Origin: Myxococcota bacterium
GTDB lineage: Bacteria; Myxococcota_A; UBA796; GCA-2862545
Length of the DNA: 36,074 nt
NCBI GenBank assembly: GCA_039208735.1
Contig: JBCCQY010000092.1
Coordinates: forward strand, 1 to 36,074
Reading direction: 5' to 3'
Numbering within the stretch: position 1 is the stretch's first letter; each line of letters starts with the position of its first letter. Both the position numbers and the translations under genes were made by a program. A model generated the notes under the pieces. That model did not search any database and was not told the origin of the DNA. It worked only from the letters and a program-made list of their open reading frames with translations. Positions 17,765-26,422 of the stretch are shown here, piece by piece.

Positions 17765-20700
17765 AGGCTCAACCTCACGTAGGTACCGACTTCGAATTCG
17801 TTGGCGAGAGGATCTCCGGGCTGAACCTGCGCATCGACGAGGGCGGGGGCCGGAGAAAATTCATCCAGGAATCGGAACTTGGTGAACGCTCCGATTCGGG
17901 TGGTCGTACCGACGAGCGGCTTGCGCTTCAACCCACCCGAGATGTCGACGTAGGTCTGGAAGGGGAAAGTCAGGTTGAAGTCTTGGTGGAAGTCGTAGGG
18001 ACCCCAATCCTGAAACTTGACCCAACCTTGGAAGAGCATGCTGCGCCAATAGGCCCGCATGCCGCCACCGCCGCGCATGAGCAGCCGATCGTCAGTGCCC
18101 CGGGCCTGGGCGGTCCCTGCGTAAGCATCAAAGTGCATCTGCACGTCGCCCACATTCGCCACCGCGCGCGCCGTCACGTCCCACAGGTTTGCGGGAGGCG
18201 GGGAGCCGCCGAACGAGAACAGAGTGCCGTCCGCGAGGAAGCCGAAGGTGGAATCCCGCACGGTAGGCAAGTGGCGGTAGAGCAACGAGATGGACCCGGC
18301 GAAGCCTGCGTCCTCGCGCTGTTCGTTGTCCCACTGGAAGAACCAGGTGATCGGGGTGGGGTCGAAGGCGATCAAGATCTCGCCGGCCATCGTTTCCCGG
18401 TTGTCGAGGACCGCGAACGGGTCGTCGACGAAGTTCCTCGCGCGGACCGCAGGGAAGTAGACCCGGGTGATCGGGTCGTACTGACCCTCGATGGACGGGT
18501 TCGGACCGATGAGAGGACGCTGCCACAGGCCGGTGGGCGCGATGACCACATTGCCGAGCTGAAGGGCCGCGCCGCCAATGGCCGACATGTTGTTGCCGCG
18601 ACCCGACGCCCGCAGACGCCAACCCGCGACCGTCACGCCGTAGTCGCCACCACCGTCGGCCACGAGGCCCTGGTAGGAGCCCTGGACATAGCCCTGAAGC
18701 TTGCCGATGCGGCCGGTGACCTTCGCCTTGGCGCCGAAGGTATCGATCAGCCGAATCTCATCCCGAATCACGTCGAGACCCGAGTCGAGGTACGACTCGT
18801 TGCCTTCGGCATCCTGCACATAGGTAAAGGCCTGGCCGATCTTCGGCGTACCTGCCCACAGACCACCGATGTCGACGGTAAAGGAATCGCCCCGGGCGAA
18901 CCCGAGGTGAATCCCGGTCTTCCGGGTCAGCTGCTCGGGCACGGCCTGAGACTGGACGGTTCCTCGCGGCGGGAGCGGCGCGATGTCTTCTTGGTGGACG
19001 ATGTCGAAGCGCCACCGGCCCATCGGGCGACTGTACTTCGCGATCACACCGGGGTTGGCACCCCAGTAGATCTGGGGTCCCACCACGACCTTGAGCCCAT
19101 CGAGCTTCTGCTTTCCGGCCACGGCGACGCCGATCGGCACATCACCGTTGTAGATGTCGGGGTAGGGGCCATAGTTCGCCTCGGGATAGATGCCGAAGAA
19201 GTCCCCTTCGTAAGCCCAGTGATAGTGGCCCGTCCGGTAGAAGCCCTCCATATCGAAGTGCTTGGTGCGCCACTCGAACGACGCGCGGTAGAGCTTGACG
19301 CGCTCGAGTCCCGAAAGGTTGAAGCCCTCGACAACATCATCGGCGCTGCCGCTACGGTCTCCACGGTTTTCGAAGAAGATGCCGTCAATCCGGTTGATGG
19401 GCACGTTCCCAAGCACGTTGACCGCGGTTTCGAAGCGCAGTTTGTCGTCCGGCTTGGCCTCGGCGCCAAGGTAGATGGACTGCAGGTGGTCGTAGCTTAG
19501 GTTCGCAGGGTTCCGGCCCGGCTTGTCGGTTCCGCCCACCACATAGGAACCGAGATCGACGCGGAGTTCCGAGATGCGGATCTTGGCGTCATTGGCCCCC
19601 GATGCGATGCGCGCGACGTCGTAGTTCTGCTTGTAGGCAGCAGGTTCGAGCCCCGCGAAATGCAAGCGGATGCGGTCTGCGTTGAGTCCCGGCTCGTAGG
19701 GGTGCAACTCGAACGCTTCTTTGAGCATCCAGTACGCGGTTCGGGGCTGCACATCGTACAGTCCATCGGCACGTGGCGGGGTCTTCGCCGCAATCCCGAA
19801 CCACTCTTCGTTCATGTTGTTGCCGTCCTCAACGAAATCGTCGATGAACGCGCGGTTGGACCAGCTCGCCGTCGTGTCGTGGATGTCGAGGTTGATCTCC
19901 TGGTTGTACTTCCACCAACCGTCGGACCATTGGAAGATGTAGCCGCCAAGGGCCGCCCCGCTCGCACCGTTGCCGTAGGACTGCTCGTACAGCTCCTGCC
20001 ACAGGCTCTTGAGGTACTTGGCCTGCATGACGGAGTCTTCCCGACCTTCCTTCGCGTTGTAGGCGTCGGAACCGAACTCCGAGTAGAAAAACGGAATCCC
20101 AAGTTCGTCCTTGACGCGCTGGAACAGGTCGCGAGAACTCAGGCCACGGTACACGTTTGAGGCGAACACGTCCTGGTTCGGAGCAAGCTCGGCGATGAGG
20201 TCGAGGTAGCCAAGGTCACCATTACAAATCGAAACCAAGTGATGGTCGTTCTCGGCATGGATCTTGTCGATGATTTCGCCGTACAGCGAGTAGAGGTGCA
20301 CCGCCTTGGCGCGCTCGCGGTCGCCCTTCGGCAGGTTCGCGATCTCGAAGCTCGTCCACTCGAGGCCGTAGTTGGCTTCGTTCCCGAGCATGAAGAGGAT
20401 GACGCCCCGGGTGTTGTAGTAGGGTCGGACCTCTTCCATCGTCTGGTTGATGAGGAGTTCACGAACCTTCGGGTCACCGTAGGGCGTCTGTGGAATGTAC
20501 GCGTTGTCGACGGTGACGCCATAGCGCCCCACCAACGGGTTGATCATCGTGTAGATGCCATAGTTGTCGTGGATCCACTCGACCCACTTCGGCGGGATGT
20601 TGGCGTACTGTCGGATGGTGTTGATGCCCATCCGCTTCATCAGGCCCATCTCGGTACGCAGGGCCTCTTCGATCTTGTCATCCGGTAGCGACCAGAAGTC

Positions 20701-20871
20701 ATACCGGTAGTTCTCGCCGACGGGCATGTACCCCCAGTTCATCCCGAAGAGGTAGACGGGTTCATCGTCGACGAGCAGCTTGAAGCCCCGGTCATCTTCG
20801 TAGACCTGGACCTGATGCGGCTGGGCAAAGGCACTCGACATGAGTGCCCACAGAGTCAACAACACCGCCAT
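17761..20871 (-). CDS. Clan GH-A (GH2-like TIM-barrel) glycoside hydrolase fused to a predicted outer-membrane beta-barrel
   Basis: GGAGG RBS; signal peptide ending SAFA|Q. The first ~390 aa contain GMNW, MGINTIRQY, LGNE (acid/base), NVYRG, YSEFG (nucleophile) and FQWSDGWWK. The last ~600 aa consist of many amphipathic strands ending EFEVGTYVRLSL. Confidence 0.8.
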   Translation of the reverse strand: MAVLLTLWALMSSAFAQPHQVQVYEDDRGFKLLVDDEPVYLFGMNWGYMPVGENYRYDFWSLPDDKIEEALRTEMGLMKRMGINTIRQYANIPPKWVEWIHDNYGIYTMINPLVGRYGVTVDNAYIPQTPYGDPKVRELLINQTMEEVRPYYNTRGVILFMLGNEANYGLEWTSFEIANLPKGDRERAKAVHLYSLYGEIIDKIHAENDHHLVSICNGDLGYLDLIAELAPNQDVFASNVYRGLSSRDLFQRVKDELGIPFFYSEFGSDAYNAKEGREDSVMQAKYLKSLWQELYEQSYGNGASGAALGGYIFQWSDGWWKYNQEINLDIHDTTASWSNRAFIDDFVEDGNNMNEEWFGIAAKTPPRADGLYDVQPRTAYWMLKEAFELHPYEPGLNADRIRLHFAGLEPAAYKQNYDVARIASGANDAKIRISELRVDLGSYVVGGTDKPGRNPANLSYDHLQSIYLGAEAKPDDKLRFETAVNVLGNVPINRIDGIFFENRGDRSGSADDVVEGFNLSGLERVKLYRASFEWRTKHFDMEGFYRTGHYHWAYEGDFFGIYPEANYGPYPDIYNGDVPIGVAVAGKQKLDGLKVVVGPQIYWGANPGVIAKYSRPMGRWRFDIVHQEDIAPLPPRGTVQSQAVPEQLTRKTGIHLGFARGDSFTVDIGGLWAGTPKIGQAFTYVQDAEGNESYLDSGLDVIRDEIRLIDTFGAKAKVTGRIGKLQGYVQGSYQGLVADGGGDYGVTVAGWRLRASGRGNNMSAIGGAALQLGNVVIAPTGLWQRPLIGPNPSIEGQYDPITRVYFPAVRARNFVDDPFAVLDNRETMAGEILIAFDPTPITWFFQWDNEQREDAGFAGSISLLYRHLPTVRDSTFGFLADGTLFSFGGSPPPANLWDVTARAVANVGDVQMHFDAYAGTAQARGTDDRLLMRGGGGMRAYWRSMLFQGWVKFQDWGPYDFHQDFNLTFPFQTYVDISGGLKRKPLVGTTTRIGAFTKFRFLDEFSPAPALVDAQVQPGDPLANEFEVGTYVRLSL

Positions 20872-20961
20872 GCGGCCCCCTCCGGGCCCGGTTGGACCGT
20901 CATTGGGTTGCGTCTATGCAAAGCCAAGGCTCTCTCCTCCTGGACTGGCGACGCGGCGTCA

Positions 20962-22287
20962 TCAACGCAGGGTCGGTTGGCTAGACAACAGGCGGGTCGA
21001 AGCTTTCGGCCAGCCCATGTCGGACGTGGAACGAGATGGGCCTGGGCCCACGAGGACGTGAGCGTTGTCAAGCGCCCAACGAAGCACCAAGGTTGCGGCA
21101 CCTCGCGCGATCGCACCGGGCCGGAGCTCGGTGACGCGCACTTCTGTGCCCTCGAGATTGCTTTGCAGCGCGCGCTCGGCCATGGCTCGACGCACGGGGC
21201 GAACCAGCAAGTCCCCGGCCATCGTGATGTGACCCCCGAGGATGACGCGCGCCGGATTGAGCAAGCTCACGAGATTGGCCATCGCGATGCCTAGGTGGTG
21301 GCCGGCATCGGCGATGACTTCGGTGGCCAGCGGATCCCCGCTATGAGCAGCGGCAACCAACCGATCGATGGTCAGCCCATCGGCGGAGAGCCCCGACTGC
21401 GCTCCGGCCTCCGCCAACGCCTCTTCGGCCTTCGCCAAGATGGCATGCGACGACGATTCGGCTTCGAGGCACCCGTGAAGCCCACAGCGACAGAGCCGTC
21501 CTTTGGACGTCACGGCGCAGTGCCCGATCTCGCCTGCAATTCCCGTCGAACCGCGGAAGATCTCGCCGTTGATGATGTGGCCAGCTCCCACGCCGGTCGC
21601 CACCTTTACGTAGGTAAAGTTGGACAGGCCCCGACCCGCTCCCCACCACGCTTCGGCCAATGCGCCAAGGTTGGCATCGTTGTCCATGAGGACAGGCATT
21701 CCAAAGCGTTCGTAGAGCCGGCGCCCCACATCAACCCCATCCCATGCCGGGAGGATGCGAGCCGACAGCCGGCCTGGTGCGTCCGTGTCGAGCGGCGACG
21801 GCACCGCCACTCCAATGCCGACCTGACGGCGCAACCCATCCACGCCCTCCAGGGCGGACTCCACCAGCGCCTCAACGCGACGCAAGGTCTCGTCGGGATT
21901 CTCGGGAACATCGAAGCGCTCAGAAGCGTGGTGTTCCAGACTGCCCCGCATGTCGGTGCGCACACAGGACAGATGGGACCCCCCGATTTCCACTCCAATG
22001 ATCACGAATCGATCGTCTCGGAATCGCAGCAGTATCGGGGGACGCCCGCTGCGCGCGCGAACCATGCGATCCTCAACGATCAGATCGTCGGCGAGGAGTT
22101 CGGTGGTGATGGCGGATACCGTCGAGGGTGAGAGCCCGAGGGCCCGCGCAAGGTCTGCCCGGCTAATGCCACGTTCGTGGTCCCAAACAGTCCGAAGCAA
22201 CACCGCCGCGTTGTGTTCGCGGATTCGCTGGCCGGTGGCGGCCAGAGTGGCGTGACGGTCGAGTTCGTTCGGCGAGTGAATGAACAT
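20962..22287 (-). CDS. ROK-family transcriptional repressor (XylR/NagC-like)
   Basis: HTH ISRADLARALGLSPSTVSAITTEL, GRPP, GVEIGGS, MDNDANLGALAE, GVGAG, AGEIGH, Zn motif CRCGLHGCLE. Start is ATG 22287 or TTG 22332. Confidence 0.93.
   Translation of the reverse strand: MFIHSPNELDRHATLAATGQRIREHNAAVLLRTVWDHERGISRADLARALGLSPSTVSAITTELLADDLIVEDRMVRARSGRPPILLRFRDDRFVIIGVEIGGSHLSCVRTDMRGSLEHHASERFDVPENPDETLRRVEALVESALEGVDGLRRQVGIGVAVPSPLDTDAPGRLSARILPAWDGVDVGRRLYERFGMPVLMDNDANLGALAEAWWGAGRGLSNFTYVKVATGVGAGHIINGEIFRGSTGIAGEIGHCAVTSKGRLCRCGLHGCLEAESSSHAILAKAEEALAEAGAQSGLSADGLTIDRLVAAAHSGDPLATEVIADAGHHLGIAMANLVSLLNPARVILGGHITMAGDLLVRPVRRAMAERALQSNLEGTEVRVTELRPGAIARGAATLVLRWALDNAHVLVGPGPSRSTSDMGWPKASTRLLSSQPTLR
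22263..22285. promoter_or_regulatory. Candidate ROK operator, copy 1
   Basis: Imperfect palindrome G-TTCGTTCG-gcgag-TGAATGAA-C covering the first codons of the ROK gene. Confidence 0.5.
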
Positions 22288-22408
22288 GTCGGAGGACGAT
22301 AGACGACCGCGTTGTTCTGGGTCAAGGGCCAACCGTTTTTACTGTCCAACCCGCAACCAAAAGCAAGGCCATTCCAATACTATCTTTCGGCAGCACCTAA
22401 GATCCGCA

Positions 22409-22431
22409 TTTCATTCGTGAGCCAAACTAAC
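22409..22431. promoter_or_regulatory. Candidate ROK operator, copy 2
   Basis: T-TTCATTCG-tgagc-CAAACTAA-C, with the same TTnnTT-N9-AAnnAA geometry as copy 1, in the AT-rich divergent intergenic region 60 bp upstream of the MFS gene. Confidence 0.5.
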
Positions 22432-22490
22432 GCTGGACTTCGTCGAACCACCGCGAGTAACATGCGGCTTCCCATGGCAAGGAGCATCCC

Positions 22491-23966
22491 TTGGTTACCC
22501 AATCCACCAAGCGCTACGAGACCGCGCCGGAAGATCGGATTCCCTTCGGTCAGAAGATCATCTACGGAACGGGCGCGTTCGTAAACAACATCCTCGCTGC
22601 CGCCATCGGTGGGATGGTCATTGTATTGAACTTGGGCCTTGGCATGGACCCAGCGCTTGTTGGCCTACTAGGGGCATTACCACGGCTCACAGATGCCCTT
22701 ACAGACCCCCTCATGGGGTACATCTCAGACAACACGCGATCGCCTTGGGGACGTCGGCGCCCATACATCTTCGTCGGCGCAATCGCGGTTGGGATCATCT
22801 TCGCGCTGATGTGGCAACTGCCTCGCGGCTACAGCGACATGTTCTACTTCTGGCTGTTCCTTGCCGCGTCGATCCTGTTCTACCTGGCGTACACGATGTT
22901 CGCGACGCCCTGGGTCGCCCTTGGATTCGAACTCACACCCGATTTCCACGAGCGTACCCGGCTCATGGGCGTTCAGAACTTCATTGGACAGTTGGCCTAC
23001 GTCGTATCGCCCTGGTTTTTGTGGTTCATGACGCTTGAGATGTTCGAAGATGAACTTTCCGGTGCGTCCACCCTTGCCATCATCATTGCGGTCTTCGTCA
23101 TCGCTGTCGGCGTTCTTCCAGCCATTTTCCTACGTGAACGGATCACCCAAACGCCGGCCAATGAGGATTCCGATGAAGAACAAATGAACTTCTGGGACCG
23201 GATCGTAGATTTCTTCAAGGGATTTGCAAAGACACTCACCTCGGGTCCCTTCCTCCGTCTCTGCATCGCGACGTTCCTCGTATTCAATGGCTTCATGCTG
23301 ATTTCGTCGTTCCAGTTCTACGTCATCATCTACTACGTGTTTGGTGGCGATAAAGCTGCTGGAGCCGAGTACGCGGGGTATGCCGGATCGATTGGTGCCG
23401 TGTCCACGTTCATCGTGATTGGCATCGTGACGTACCTCGCGACGGCCATTGGGAAGCGTCGCGCCTTCTTCGTGGCCACCGGCCTGTCTATCGTGGGCTA
23501 CGCCCTCAAGTGGGTCTGCTACAACCCCGAATACCCGGTGCTGGTGCTCCTCCCTGCGCCACTGTTGGCCTTTGGGCTGGGGGGACTGTTCACGCTGATG
23601 CCCTCGATGATTGCAGACGTCGTGGACTACGACGAACTCGAGACGAATCAGCGCCGAGAGGGCATGTATGGCTCCATCTTCTGGTGGGTGGTCAAGGTTG
23701 GCATGGCGGCCGCCCTCGCGGCAGGAGGGTTCTTGCTCAACCTGACGGGCTTCGATGTCGCGCTTGAGGGCAACCAGTCGGCCGACACGTTGTACTGGAT
23801 GCGGGTCGCTGACGTGGTGGTACCCATCATCGCGTCGTTCATCGCGATTTTTGCCATCATGAGCTATCCGCTGACCGAGCAACGGGCCCATGAAATCAGG
23901 GATGAACTGGAACGTCGTCGGGGTAGTCTTGGCCCGGCCGATGACGAACCGAACGCCACGGCTTAA
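22491..23966 (+). CDS. MFS transporter, glycoside-pentoside-hexuronide (MelB-like) cation symporter family
   Basis: AAGGAG RBS before TTG; about 12 TM helices; DALTDPLMGYISDNTRSPWGRRRPY, ELTPDFHERTRL, SMIADVVDYDE, RREGMY, YPLT. Confidence 0.93.
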   Translation: MVTQSTKRYETAPEDRIPFGQKIIYGTGAFVNNILAAAIGGMVIVLNLGLGMDPALVGLLGALPRLTDALTDPLMGYISDNTRSPWGRRRPYIFVGAIAVGIIFALMWQLPRGYSDMFYFWLFLAASILFYLAYTMFATPWVALGFELTPDFHERTRLMGVQNFIGQLAYVVSPWFLWFMTLEMFEDELSGASTLAIIIAVFVIAVGVLPAIFLRERITQTPANEDSDEEQMNFWDRIVDFFKGFAKTLTSGPFLRLCIATFLVFNGFMLISSFQFYVIIYYVFGGDKAAGAEYAGYAGSIGAVSTFIVIGIVTYLATAIGKRRAFFVATGLSIVGYALKWVCYNPEYPVLVLLPAPLLAFGLGGLFTLMPSMIADVVDYDELETNQRREGMYGSIFWWVVKVGMAAALAAGGFLLNLTGFDVALEGNQSADTLYWMRVADVVVPIIASFIAIFAIMSYPLTEQRAHEIRDELERRRGSLGPADDEPNATA

Positions 23967-24001
23967 GCACTGCTTCGAGGCCAGTACGGCTGGAGGTGGT
24001 C

Positions 24002-24400
24002 ATGTTGTGGTTGGTGGTGACGATGGCGGGCTGTGCCGAGGCCGAAGAACCGGCCAAGCCCGAAGCCGCGGAATCGGCGCTCGATTGTAGCCGCGCGAGC
24101 GACCGCGCACGGTGCGAGGCCGATGCGGCGCGCATCACCCAGATTGCTGCGGCCATCACCGCACTGGACTGCTCGAAGGGTCGAAAAAAGAAGCAGGAGG
24201 CCTGCGCAACCGAAAAGGCCTCGCTGGAACTCGAGCAGGCCGAACTCATGGCTCGCAACGCGCCCGTCGCAGAAGAGGCTGCAGAAGAGGAAGCGCCCCT
24301 CACCCGCGGCGTGTTGGGTGCACCGCCTTCGCCCGCGGACGGCCCCGACAAACAGGGCAAGCCCGTTCAGAAGATGGAACACGACGTCACGGACGAGTAG
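24002..24400 (+). CDS. Small hypothetical lipoprotein
   Basis: GGAGG before ATG 24002; MLWLVVTMAG|C lipobox; four further Cys, a helical middle and a low-complexity tail. Confidence 0.55.
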   Translation: MLWLVVTMAGCAEAEEPAKPEAAESALDCSRASDRARCEADAARITQIAAAITALDCSKGRKKKQEACATEKASLELEQAELMARNAPVAEEAAEEEAPLTRGVLGAPPSPADGPDKQGKPVQKMEHDVTDE

Positions 24401-24403
24401 GCC

Positions 24404-26407
24404 CTACTCCCGAGACTCGTTGACGCAGCCTGCTTTGCGAAGCGCTTGGCAGGTGACTTGGGCGTCGCGTTCATCGGGCGACCAGCGTTCGGGGTCGGCG
24501 GTGACCTCCACGCTCACGAGGCTCGCCGTCCACGCCGGGACCGAGTGGCCGGCGCGCACGAACTCCCCTCGGGTCTTGGTGCCTGCGATGGCCGCGATGA
24601 AGAAGTCGAGTTCGCCGATTCCCCGCGACACTACGTCGGCCGGGGAATTGGCTTCGAGGCGCGCCCAATCCACGGGCTCATGGGTGCCGAACACCAAGAT
24701 CCGATCTGGCGTGTGCAGCGGCGGGGTCACCCAACCAAGCACCTGGACGTGTTCCTCGCCCTGGCTCGTCAAGGCCACCTGACGTCCGCGAGGCGGCCAG
24801 GTTTCGATGTCGCCGTTGCCCGAGAGGTACAGCACCCCCAGATACAACGGTCGTTTTGGCTCTTCGACCCAACGAATGGCCAGCGTCACCGCATTGCACA
24901 TCGGGACTTGGGCCCACGGCACAGCGCGACCCGTGGGGGCATAGGGGCTACGCTCACACCCTGCCTTTTCGGCCAAGGGCTGAATGCGCAACTCGAACAT
25001 GTTGTCGGGGTACTCCGCGGGTACCTCACCGCTCAACGCGAGCAATGCAGCCTGCCGGGCAAACAGTCCGATGGTCTCGGCGACCATCGTGGCGGAGACC
25101 GTGGGCTCCGGGTAGGACAGCCGGTTCCGCCGCACCCCATCCGCGCCTACGATGTCGATCGTGTCGCTCGGCCCGGGACGCAGGATGTAGTCGGCTCCGC
25201 GTTCGACGAACCGAATCGTCTGTGCGAGCACCGGGTTGCGCTCGACGGCCTTCTGCAAGGCAGCTTGGGTCTCGCGAGTCCAGCGAACGGGCCCCTGAAA
25301 GGACACTCCCACCGCGGTCAGGTCGCGTCCGGGAACCTCGAGGCGAGCTTTCGCGCCAGGCGTAAGCGACTTGGCCGCGGCGTTGACAATCGCTCCGGTA
25401 GCTCGACCGTCGGCAACCTCGTTGAGCCTCACCAGCGTGACCTCCTTGCCGCGTGGCACCGAGACCAACGCTCCGGCACTGAAACCGGGCTGAACCGCCC
25501 CACGAAACTGCACCACCGGCCCATCGACTTGCTCGACGGCCCAAGAACCACCGTCAGAAACCGGAGTCCACACCGCTCGTTCGAGGTCGCCTCCCCCGGT
25601 TGGGCGCTGCCAGCTGTGGAGGGCGGCCGTCCAGCGGGTGGTGTCGTGCAGGATTTGGTCCCAGTCCGCGCGAGGGCGCTCCCGCAACGCATGCAGCAAA
25701 GAGGCCGTGAACACCCCTTGACCGTCGCGTTCCAGGGCCGGTTCACCCGACGGTGCTGCATGCAACCACACCGCTTTGGGCATGACCTCCGCCACATCCG
25801 GGCCCGGAATCCCCGTGGCCTTGCCGCCCTTGGCGGGGGGCAACCAGCGCTCCGATCCTTCGTGAGGCCGCCCTTCCCGAGGTCCTCCGGCATGGCTTGC
25901 GTCGATGAGCACGGTCAGATCTGTCGTGCGCCCATAGACTTGGACCAAGCGTCGCTCCACCTCTGCCGTCGCCACGTCACGAGCATCGCCGGTGCGGCTG
26001 TCGTGAAGCACATACGTGTCTTCGCCGCCTCGTGTCTGTGAGCCGTAGCCTGCGAAGTAGAAGACGACGCTGTCGCCTTCGGACACCCCTGCGAAGTGGC
26101 GATCGAGCGCTTCGAGGAATCGGGCTTGGGTGGCCCGGGCATCGCGCAACACACACACGTTGCGCTCGGGGAACCCAAAGGTCTCCGTCAACACTGCGCG
26201 CATGTGCATGGCATCGTCAGAGGCCGCGGAGAGCCGGAGGGGTTTGCCGTCGACTTCGGCGAGGTGTTCACCCACCCCAACCAAAAGGGCCACCCGCCGC
26301 TGCCCTGCCTTGCCCACCAACTTGCTGCGCCCATCGAGGGTGGGACAGCTCGATGGGTCCTTCCCCGCCTGGGCCACCGAGGACAACGTCAACAAGAGCC
26401 ACAGCAT
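24404..26407 (-). CDS. Secreted caspase-fold (peptidase C14) protein with substituted catalytic dyad and DUF4384-like C-terminal domain
   Basis: Signal peptide MLWLLLTLSSVAQA; RVALLVGV, DDAMHM, LRDARAT, VVFYFAGYGSQ (His to Tyr), VLIDASHAG (Cys to Ser), GVFTASLLHAL; C-terminal PLYLGVLYLSGNGDIETWPP. Confidence 0.8.
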   Translation of the reverse strand: MLWLLLTLSSVAQAGKDPSSCPTLDGRSKLVGKAGQRRVALLVGVGEHLAEVDGKPLRLSAASDDAMHMRAVLTETFGFPERNVCVLRDARATQARFLEALDRHFAGVSEGDSVVFYFAGYGSQTRGGEDTYVLHDSRTGDARDVATAEVERRLVQVYGRTTDLTVLIDASHAGGPREGRPHEGSERWLPPAKGGKATGIPGPDVAEVMPKAVWLHAAPSGEPALERDGQGVFTASLLHALRERPRADWDQILHDTTRWTAALHSWQRPTGGGDLERAVWTPVSDGGSWAVEQVDGPVVQFRGAVQPGFSAGALVSVPRGKEVTLVRLNEVADGRATGAIVNAAAKSLTPGAKARLEVPGRDLTAVGVSFQGPVRWTRETQAALQKAVERNPVLAQTIRFVERGADYILRPGPSDTIDIVGADGVRRNRLSYPEPTVSATMVAETIGLFARQAALLALSGEVPAEYPDNMFELRIQPLAEKAGCERSPYAPTGRAVPWAQVPMCNAVTLAIRWVEEPKRPLYLGVLYLSGNGDIETWPPRGRQVALTSQGEEHVQVLGWVTPPLHTPDRILVFGTHEPVDWARLEANSPADVVSRGIGELDFFIAAIAGTKTRGEFVRAGHSVPAWTASLVSVEVTADPERWSPDERDAQVTCQALRKAGCVNESRE

Positions 26408-26422
26408 GGATGCTCCCGGTCA

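Noticed and set aside
23963..24382. Minus-strand 139-aa ORF as the real gene in this interval
   Set aside because: The plus-strand ORF has a GGAGG RBS and a lipobox and fits between its neighbours; the minus-strand ORF has no such support.
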